From: Candidatus Hermodarchaeota archaeon
GTDB taxonomy: Archaea; Asgardarchaeota; Thorarchaeia; Thorarchaeales; Thorarchaeaceae
Assembly: GCA_048885865.1 (NCBI GenBank)
Contig: JBHLLF010000014.1
Coordinates: forward strand, 66,502 to 77,352
Reading direction: 5' to 3'
Length of the DNA stretch: 10,851 nt
Below are positions 1-6,185 of this stretch, piece after piece. Numbering within the stretch: the first letter of the stretch is position 1; every line of letters starts with the position of its first letter. The notes beneath the pieces are model-generated. The model had not been told where the DNA came from, searched no databases, and saw nothing but the letters and a program-made list of their open reading frames with translations. The translations under genes were made by a program, and so were the position numbers.

Positions 1-353
1 AGGACTGCTGAACCCAGAAGGAGAATCATGACTCCAATTGTTGCCACCAGATCAATGAACCCTGACAGAATTGTCTGTGTGAGGTAAATGAACTCAAGGT
101 GAGGCAATGCCACCATCAGTGGCAGGAGCAAGAAGGCAACAGCCACGAGAACTCTGTTGAACTGGTCAGACTTCGCTGATACAGGCCTAATTGCAATGTC
201 TATGCAGATGAATATAGAGAGCAAGATGATAGGGAATAGAGTCCTTGGGGATGCAAAGACCTCACGCGCATAGATGATGAATATGCTATTCATGTATAGG
301 AGGACTATTGCAACGCCAATGACTTTCTTTGCTGCCATCTGATAGTCTACCAT
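1..353 (-). CDS. Partial (runs off left edge) polytopic membrane protein, possibly the N-terminal half of an ICMT/Ste14-like methyltransferase
   Basis: Not in the ORF track. Manual translation from ATG at 353 is open for 117 codons to the edge: MVDYQMAAKKVIGVAIVLLYMNSIFIIYAREVFASPRTLFPIILLSIFICIDIAIRPVSAKSDQFNRVLVAVAFLLLPLMVALPHLEFIYLTQTILSGFIDLVATIGVMILLLGSAV. About 4 hydrophobic segments; an in-frame TGA lies upstream of the ATG. The family guess rests only on TM pattern (any RHPxY motif would be outside the window). Confidence 0.7.
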   Translation of the reverse strand, partial: MVDYQMAAKKVIGVAIVLLYMNSIFIIYAREVFASPRTLFPIILLSIFICIDIAIRPVSAKSDQFNRVLVAVAFLLLPLMVALPHLEFIYLTQTILSGFIDLVATIGVMILLLGSAV

Positions 354-542
354 TGTGTGCTTCAAGAGAGAGTTGGCTCATATCATTATCGACACCACTA
401 TTGTAGTATGACCGATTGTGGTATGGCCATTTGTTAAGTCGACGGTTCTACGGAGTAAGAATCCTCCTCGTTTTTCATAGACGCTGTGGTGAGTTTTTCC
501 AAATTCATGCGTTCCATGGCTTCTAGTCTACATCTACGAACG

Positions 543-569
543 TTATCCCATAATGGGATAATATATTAG
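543..569 (+). promoter_or_regulatory. Palindromic operator-like site followed by TATA-like box (unit 1)
   Basis: TTATCCCAT-A-ATGGGATAA (543-561, perfect 9-bp arms) directly followed by TATATTAG (562-569); core conserved in unit 2. Confidence 0.7.
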
Positions 570-630
570 GAAATATGAGGGTAAATTAGTATAGATTAGA
601 CCAGATTACGGACTACTGTTGGTTTGAAAA

Positions 631-1260
631 ATGAATCCAGTTGAGAAAGCATCCGTATCAGCTAACACATTGACAGAAACTTTCACGGCAACTACTAGCA
701 ATGGAATAACCATCCGAAAAGTCCTCATTGCAGGCTCCGGAGCAGTAGGCAAGACAAGCCTTGTCAAGGTCATGAAACACAATCTACCCCTCTGCGGAAT
801 CGAGGAGGACACCACTGCGTATCACAGAACACCCTTTGTTGAACTGGAAACCGTGAGGATCAAACGGTCTGCGAAGGAAGGTGTGTTTCAGATGGTGGAT
901 GTGTCTGGGCAGCTCGACTCGGTCATTCACCCGCTCAGAGACATCTCAAGGGTTGCGATGGGGAGTGTCAGTGTGGTCCTGCTCATGTTCTCGAGCAACA
1001 ACATCCAGTCATTGCTGGATCTCTCTCAATGGATTGTAACGTTGACGGATTATTACTCGAATATTCGTTCTAAGAACATGCCGGACTTTGTGCTTCTGAA
1101 GAACAAGGCAGACCTGAGCGACGACATTGACCAGACGCTCATAGATGCGGTGATGAATTGCAATCCGAGGATCTGTAAGTACCATGAACTCAGCTGTCTA
1201 ACGGGAGAAGGAGTGAAGGAGATGATAGAATGGCTGGTCACCAGATACATGATGATGTAA
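631..1260 (+). CDS. Ras/Rab-superfamily small GTPase, copy 1 (209 aa)
   Basis: G1 KVLIAGSGAVGKTS, G2 YHRT, G3 DVSGQ, G4 NKAD, G5 ELSCLTGEGV; Ras-like size and motif order; no C-terminal Cys lipidation motif. Confidence 0.92.
   Translation: MNPVEKASVSANTLTETFTATTSNGITIRKVLIAGSGAVGKTSLVKVMKHNLPLCGIEEDTTAYHRTPFVELETVRIKRSAKEGVFQMVDVSGQLDSVIHPLRDISRVAMGSVSVVLLMFSSNNIQSLLDLSQWIVTLTDYYSNIRSKNMPDFVLLKNKADLSDDIDQTLIDAVMNCNPRICKYHELSCLTGEGVKEMIEWLVTRYMMM
1218..1226 (+). promoter_or_regulatory. Shine-Dalgarno-like site inside the GTPase coding sequence, serving partner gene 1
   Basis: GGAGATGAT (8/9 match to GGAGGTGAT) ends 3 nt before ATG 1230; identical at 2851-2859. Confidence 0.65.
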
Positions 1261-1976
1261 GAAGCAGGCTAGAAAAGCAGACGACTCTGCTCAGAGGACA
1301 GTTTCGATGTCAAATATGCAATGATACCCTTTCTGTTGACCCCGAGGATGAGAAGACCTATCTCTCAAAGACCGAACATGAAGAGGTCTTTGGCATGCAG
1401 CTTGTGACCTATCGCGTCGAACACGCAACAGAAGACGAACGCCACTTCAACACCGTAATCCTCGATCATGAGGGCTACTATCGTGGACATCGTGACTCCT
1501 ACGCTGAACAGATCCGACCCAAGGCCCAGCCCCGCATAGACCAATACACCACTATATTTCGGGAAGTTCCCACTCTTTCTGAGCATCAACTTGTCAACTT
1601 GGCATTCATTACTGATAGGCGTGAGGAATGGGTCTTAGAGGTAGTGAATCCCGGAGGAGTCAATATTCGTGAGTTATCATTTATGGCTGTTGGCCTACTT
1701 GAAGAAGCAGAGAAGGTCTGCGAGTCTTTGCCTGGGCCACTAACAGAAAAAATAGCAGACCGCGAGATTGCAATCTGGTCAATCGACTCGAAACTCCTCT
1801 GTGTAGAAGCTAAGTCTAGTAGGGCAATTGCACTGATGGACAGATTTGCTACCTTGTTGCAGGACTCGCAACAATACTCGCGCGTTCCCAGCAAACACAT
1901 GATCACTCTTGCAATGAAGTTGATTGATGAGAACCCAGACTTTCTATTCACCCCTGATCTGGTATTTCACTTCTGA
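1230..1976 (+). CDS. GTPase-partner protein copy 1 (248 aa): putative Zn-binding N-domain + predicted longin-like domain
   Basis: Paralog at 2863-3606 (~73% identical by manual alignment) supports coding. CQIC (C27/C30), H65 and H72 are conserved. Residues ~122-236 show a beta-beta-alpha-beta-beta-beta-alpha-alpha pattern. CDS is secure; domain calls are inference. Confidence 0.85.
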   Translation: MAGHQIHDDVRSRLEKQTTLLRGQFRCQICNDTLSVDPEDEKTYLSKTEHEEVFGMQLVTYRVEHATEDERHFNTVILDHEGYYRGHRDSYAEQIRPKAQPRIDQYTTIFREVPTLSEHQLVNLAFITDRREEWVLEVVNPGGVNIRELSFMAVGLLEEAEKVCESLPGPLTEKIADREIAIWSIDSKLLCVEAKSSRAIALMDRFATLLQDSQQYSRVPSKHMITLAMKLIDENPDFLFTPDLVFHF

Positions 1977-2173
1977 GTCATCCATTAAGTAGGGACCTCT
2001 TGCACTGATGATTCTCAACATAGTGACACAATTCTTCCGTCCATCTTTGAGCATGACCATTTGTTAAGGCCGCCTTTTTGTAGGGCAGCTCGTCTTCCTC
2101 GACTTCTTTGGCCATCATACTAGCTGCTCCAAACGTATGCGTTCTATGGCTGCAAGAAGGCGTCTGTATGCAC

Positions 2174-2198
2174 ATCCCAATTTGGGATAGTATATTAG
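2174..2198 (+). promoter_or_regulatory. Palindromic operator-like site followed by TATA-like box (unit 2)
   Basis: ATCCCAA-T-TTGGGAT (2174-2188), then TATATTAG (2191-2198); same centre-to-TATA spacing (+10) as unit 1. Confidence 0.7.
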
Positions 2199-2263
2199 TA
2201 GATATGAGGATATCTGAGCATAGATTAAGCCCACGATGGGGACTGGTCATAGGTGAAGAAGAA

Positions 2264-2893
2264 ATGAATCCTGTGGAAAAGGCATCCCTCTCCGAAAACC
2301 CTTACGTACAGACCTACCCCGTGCACATTAAAGAGAAACTCGCTATCCGGAAAGTCCTCATCGCGGGCACCGGAGCAGTGGGGAAGACAAGTTTTGTCAG
2401 GGTCATGAAAAACAGGCTTCCCCTCTCCGTAATTGAGGATGACACAACCGCATATCGCAGAACACCCTTTGTTGAATTGGAGACCCTGAGAATCAAACGT
2501 TCTGATATGGACGGAGTGTTTCAGATGGTAGATGTGTCTGGGCAGCTCGACTCAGCAATTCACCCACTCAGAGACATCCCGAGGGTTGCCATGGGAGGTG
2601 TCAGTGTAGTCTTGCTCATGTTCTCAGGAGACAATGTTCAGTCATTGCTTGATCTCTCCGAATGGATAGAAACGCTGACTGACTACTACTCGAAGATTCG
2701 TTCTAAGAACATGCCGGACTTTGTGCTGTTGAAAAACAAGGCAGACCTGAGCGACGATATTGACCAGATGCTCATAGATGCAGTGATGAATTGCAATCCG
2801 AGAATCTGCAAGTACCATGAACTCAGCTGTCTGACAGGTGAAGGAGTCAAGGAGATGATGGAATGGCTGGTCGCCAGATACATGATGATATGA
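2264..2893 (+). CDS. Ras/Rab-superfamily small GTPase, copy 2 (209 aa; start corrected from 2108)
   Basis: MNPVEKAS start matches copy 1 and gives the same 630-bp length; AGGTGA RBS at 2251-2256; G1 GTGAVGKTS, G3 DVSGQ, G4 NKAD, G5 ELSCL. Confidence 0.92.
   Translation: MNPVEKASLSENPYVQTYPVHIKEKLAIRKVLIAGTGAVGKTSFVRVMKNRLPLSVIEDDTTAYRRTPFVELETLRIKRSDMDGVFQMVDVSGQLDSAIHPLRDIPRVAMGGVSVVLLMFSGDNVQSLLDLSEWIETLTDYYSKIRSKNMPDFVLLKNKADLSDDIDQMLIDAVMNCNPRICKYHELSCLTGEGVKEMMEWLVARYMMI
2851..2859 (+). promoter_or_regulatory. Embedded Shine-Dalgarno-like site for partner gene 2
   Basis: GGAGATGAT ends 3 nt before ATG 2863. Confidence 0.6.
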
Positions 2894-3606
2894 GAAGACT
2901 AAGAAAAGAAATGAGCCTGCTCAGAGGCCAGTTTCAGTGTCAGCTATGCAATGAAGCGCTGTCCGTGGACCCTGAGGATAAGAAGACCTTTCTCTCTAGG
3001 ACTGAACATGACGAAGTCTTTGGCATGCAGCTTGTGACCTATCGCGTGGCTCACACAGCAGGCGACGAACGCCACGTCAACACTATAATCCTCGACCATG
3101 ATGGCTTCTATCGTGGGCATCGTGACTCCTATTCTGAGAGGATACGACATGAGGACCATCCTGGCATAAACCACTACTTCACAATATTTCGAGAGGTCGC
3201 ACCCCTTTCCAAGCATAGACTTGTCAACCTGGCATTCATTGCTGACAGGCAAGAAAGATGGGTGTTGGAGATAGTGAATCCAGGAAGAGTCAAGATGCGT
3301 GATTTAGCACTCATGGCCGTTAACGTTGTTGAAGAAGCAGAGAGTGTCTGTGAGTCCTTGCCGGGCCCACTGACAGGGAAGATGTGGGACCGCGAGCTTG
3401 CAATCTGGTCTATTGGCTCGAGACTCCTTTGTGTGGAAGCAAAGTCTAGTAGGTCGATTGCACTGATGGATAGATTTGCCGACCTGTTGGAGAACTCTCA
3501 GCAATATTCCAGACTCCCCAATAAACACATGATCATTCTAGCAATGAGGTTGATCGATAGAGACCCAGACTTTCTATTTACACCTGATCTTGTATTTCAC
3601 TTCTGA
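2863..3606 (+). CDS. GTPase-partner protein copy 2 (247 aa): putative Zn-binding N-domain + predicted longin-like domain
   Basis: Paralog of 1230-1976; CQLC and His pair conserved. Alternative ATGs at 2890 and 2911 exist only in this copy. Confidence 0.85.
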   Translation: MAGRQIHDDMRRLRKEMSLLRGQFQCQLCNEALSVDPEDKKTFLSRTEHDEVFGMQLVTYRVAHTAGDERHVNTIILDHDGFYRGHRDSYSERIRHEDHPGINHYFTIFREVAPLSKHRLVNLAFIADRQERWVLEIVNPGRVKMRDLALMAVNVVEEAESVCESLPGPLTGKMWDRELAIWSIGSRLLCVEAKSSRSIALMDRFADLLENSQQYSRLPNKHMIILAMRLIDRDPDFLFTPDLVFHF

Positions 3607-3774
3607 ACCATGCAATACTTGTACCCACAATTCCGACCGAATGATTTTTGAAAAAGAAAGCTCAGCTACTTTGAGATTATTGATTTCAACAGACAATAGC
3701 TGATACGCCCTCAGCCTATGAACGCGCCACTTCTTGCATTTTTGATCAATCTCAACTTTGGAGGAGAGAAACAA

Positions 3775-5373
3775 ATGAATAAGAATGGAATACTAGTGGG
3801 TTTCTTGGTTCTAGTGCTTTTCTTGGGGACAACCATGCCCTTTGCAATCGCTACAGAAACACAAGAACAGGAAATAGAAGATGCGATTGTGGCCGGATTA
3901 AATTGGCTGGCGAATCACCAAGATGATGAAGGATACTGGGGATTTCCAGATAGAGTCGGGAAGACAGGTCTCGCTCTGTTGAAGTTTGAAGAGCGTGCAA
4001 AAGAGCTTGGCTATGATAGCCCATTTAATCCTGAATACATCTACTCAGAAAATGTCGAGAAGGGATTCCAATACATCTTCAGGAATGTGTACATGATGGA
4101 CACCGATGACCCTGACACAGAACCTGATGCTCTTTATATAATAGATTTCGAGGGATGGGCTAACTATGTGCACTATGTCTACGAGCATAGTATTGCAATG
4201 ATGGCAATAGCTGCAAGCGGCACCCCTGATCGTGTTGTGGATGTCACTGAGAGCCCTGTTTATGGGTGGACCTTTGAGGAGGTCATGCAGTTTGCCATCA
4301 ACTATCTGTTGTATTGCCAGAAGGATGAGGGCGGCTGGTCCTACTCAGCACCTGGTCAAAACATGAATTGGATGCCATCTGACAACTCCAATACCGGATA
4401 CGCTGTGCTTGCGATGACATATGCTCAGACAAGATTTGGGCTTTCTATTCCAGAGGGAGTCAAGGTAGCTCTTAGTGAGTTCATAGACTACATCCAGACT
4501 GATCCGGATGACGAATACTATGATGTGGGTGAAGAAGGCGGCTCTGGTTACAGAGATCCAGGGTTATGGGTGAACATCCTGAAAACGGGAAATCTGCTTT
4601 ATGAGATGGCTTTTGTGGGGGATACGATGGATTCAGAACGTGCCCAAGCTGCTTTAGATTTCATAGAGCGGTACTGGGATGATCCGAACTGGAGTCCTGG
4701 CTGGAGAGGCCCGGGATGGGAGGGAGAACAGAATCCTGACTACCAAACGATGTACACTGCAATGAAAGGATTTCTGGCAATGGGGATAGAAGCAATCCTG
4801 GTGGGTGACATTGAGGTTGATTGGTTTGATGACTTCGTGACCGCAATCCTCGACACGCAGAATGAAGACGGCAGTTGGCCGTGGGATGAATGGGGAGATC
4901 CGTTTATCACTACATCTTGGGCACTACTCACACTAGAGAAGGCAGTCGAGATTCCCACCATTGAGGTCTCTATTGACATCAAGCCCGAGTCTTGGCCGAA
5001 TCCAATCAACATCTTGAGCCAAGGCAAGTTTGCAGTTGCCATCTGTGGTACCGAGGACTTCGATGTGCATGAGATTGATCCAGCGTCAATTTCAATCAGC
5101 ATCGATGGTGTGGAAGATAGCGTATATCCGCTTTTCTGGAGCTATCAGGATGTTGCTACTCCATACATCCTGGGCGATGGTGGCGGACACGAGGAGGGCA
5201 GTGACGGTTACATCGACTTGGTGCTGCACTTCTGGATTCCTGAGGTAGTCATCACACTCGACCTTGAGGACCATGCAGGAGAAACCGTATCTCTAATTGC
5301 TAGCGGCTATCTCAAAGAAGACTATGGCGGAACGCCGATTCATGGTGAAGACCTCGCTTGGATATTGACGTAG
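3775..5373 (+). CDS. Secreted prenyltransferase/squalene-hopene-cyclase-like alpha-alpha barrel protein with C-terminal beta-rich domain (532 aa; start corrected from 3718)
   Basis: GGAGG RBS at 3760-3764; signal peptide MNKNGILVGFLVLVLFLGTTMPFAIA; QW-type repeats WLANHQDDEGYW, YLLYCQKDEGGW, ILDTQNEDGSW; very acidic; C-terminal IDIKPESWPNPIN...DGYIDLVLHF module. Confidence 0.85.
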   Translation: MNKNGILVGFLVLVLFLGTTMPFAIATETQEQEIEDAIVAGLNWLANHQDDEGYWGFPDRVGKTGLALLKFEERAKELGYDSPFNPEYIYSENVEKGFQYIFRNVYMMDTDDPDTEPDALYIIDFEGWANYVHYVYEHSIAMMAIAASGTPDRVVDVTESPVYGWTFEEVMQFAINYLLYCQKDEGGWSYSAPGQNMNWMPSDNSNTGYAVLAMTYAQTRFGLSIPEGVKVALSEFIDYIQTDPDDEYYDVGEEGGSGYRDPGLWVNILKTGNLLYEMAFVGDTMDSERAQAALDFIERYWDDPNWSPGWRGPGWEGEQNPDYQTMYTAMKGFLAMGIEAILVGDIEVDWFDDFVTAILDTQNEDGSWPWDEWGDPFITTSWALLTLEKAVEIPTIEVSIDIKPESWPNPINILSQGKFAVAICGTEDFDVHEIDPASISISIDGVEDSVYPLFWSYQDVATPYILGDGGGHEEGSDGYIDLVLHFWIPEVVITLDLEDHAGETVSLIASGYLKEDYGGTPIHGEDLAWILT

Positions 5374-5419
5374 AAAAGGCTAAACCATCTATGAAGCCAG
5401 CAAAACCATATCGTGGAAA

Positions 5420-5440
5420 GAGAGAGGCTAGCCCTCTCTC
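5420..5440 (+). terminator. Stem-loop downstream of 3775-5373
   Basis: GAGAGAGG-ctagc-CCTCTCTC, perfect 8-bp stem followed by a pyrimidine-rich tract, ~46 nt after the stop codon. Confidence 0.45.
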
Positions 5441-5474
5441 ATTCACTCTCTTTGAGGTTAGAGCCTAGTCATGA

Positions 5475-5744
5475 AAAAGGAGGACCGTGACTCTCTTCCA
5501 AGAACTCGACGAGTCTCGACACAAATCAGGTCGCTGGAGCGCTATCCACCACATCATGGTCGAGTGTCACGATCAGCTGAGGTCAGTAGTTAACATCTTG
5601 TGCAAAGATTCCTCGCATTCAGGAGTTGGCAGGGATTCAGGATACATTAATCCTCAGGCTGGATAATATACTGTCTTCAGAAAGAAAATAGGAGATGAGT
5701 TCCTAGCTCCTCTGTTCACACCTGATCTGGTATATCACTTCTGA
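5475..5744 (+). pseudogene. Probable decayed third copy of the GTPase-partner gene
   Basis: One frame reads ...VVNILCKDSSHSGVGRDSGYINPQAG*YTVFRKKIGDEFLAPLFTPDLVYHF*. The end matches partner LFTPDLVFHF*; RDS and YTVFR weakly echo RDSY and YxTIFR. Confidence 0.4.
5711..5744 (+). repeat. Third copy of the 34-bp partner-gene 3' end
   Basis: tctgttcacacctgatctggtatatcacttctga: 31/34 identical to 1943-1976 and 30/34 to 3573-3606. Confidence 0.9.
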
Positions 5745-5767
5745 GGATTTCTTCCCAACGTTAACCC

Positions 5768-6049
5768 TTACCACTCATCCATCTTCATTAGCTCGACGAA
5801 CTCGATTCCAACTCTGTGTTCTCCGTCGGGAAAGTCAAAGGTGTCAATCTCTACCAGTACCTTTCTTCCACACACTCCAACCATATACATCGTCAGATGC
5901 ACCGGATCAAAGACATGCAATACTTCTCGAAGTTTGTAGACCTTCTTATTTCCGACACTTTTGAGAGCGAATTTCTCCAGTTCTCTGAAACCGCCCCTTC
6001 CCTTCGTCGTTCCCAAGTCCTTCTCATCATATGCTTTTGGTTCTATCAC
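5768..6049 (-). CDS. Small hypothetical protein (93 aa)
   Basis: Fills an intergenic gap; GTG start with G-rich upstream (GGGGGCTGAGA); TTATAT on the minus strand at ~6100-6105; globular-looking composition; no family recognised. Confidence 0.6.
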   Translation of the reverse strand: MIEPKAYDEKDLGTTKGRGGFRELEKFALKSVGNKKVYKLREVLHVFDPVHLTMYMVGVCGRKVLVEIDTFDFPDGEHRVGIEFVELMKMDEW

Positions 6050-6185
6050 ACTCTCAGCCCCCGAATACTAGCGCTAGGTTAGCCAAATTCCACACCAGAA
6101 TATAAGCACTCGCGATTTGCACCGTTGCGCTGAAACCAGAGTTCAAAATATAATAATCGAATATACAAATTGAGATTGTAGGAAA

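Larger units (their letters stand above)
423..1976 (+). repeat. Tandem duplication unit 1 (upstream region + GTPase + partner gene)
   Basis: Aligns to 2053-3606 at offset ~1630 from ATGRCCATTTGTTAAG (423/2053) to the partner stop codon; the encoded proteins are clear paralogs. Confidence 0.95.
2053..3606 (+). repeat. Tandem duplication unit 2
   Basis: Paralogous to 423-1976 across upstream boxes and both ORFs. Confidence 0.95.

Noticed and set aside
2108-2263. 52-aa N-terminal extension of GTPase copy 2 in the ORF track
   Set aside because: The region is homologous to unit 1's non-coding upstream region; the paralog N-terminus and AGGTGA RBS place the start at 2264.
1053-2883. Paired antisense ORFs (606-815/2314-2496, 1053-1250/2686-2883) as conserved genes
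   Set aside because: They are shadows of the duplicated sense-strand GTPases; their similarity follows from the duplication.
3662-3703. Possible hairpin TCAGCTA...TAGCTGA as an ncRNA or riboswitch
   Set aside because: Short arms with an imperfect interior; no recognisable RNA family or second copy.
3718-3774. Upstream start for the barrel protein
   Set aside because: GGAGG RBS and signal peptide fit ATG 3775.
5215-5235. DLVLHFW in the barrel protein resembling partner DLVFHF* (shared cacttctg) as a fourth repeat
   Set aside because: DNA match is short, and the peptide sits in-frame within the DG..DLVLHF module of an unrelated domain; likely coincidence.
1943-5744. Three 34-bp repeats as a CRISPR array or integron attC array
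   Set aside because: Spacing is kilobases, two copies are protein-coding ends, there is no attC-like dyad, and no cas or integrase gene is present.
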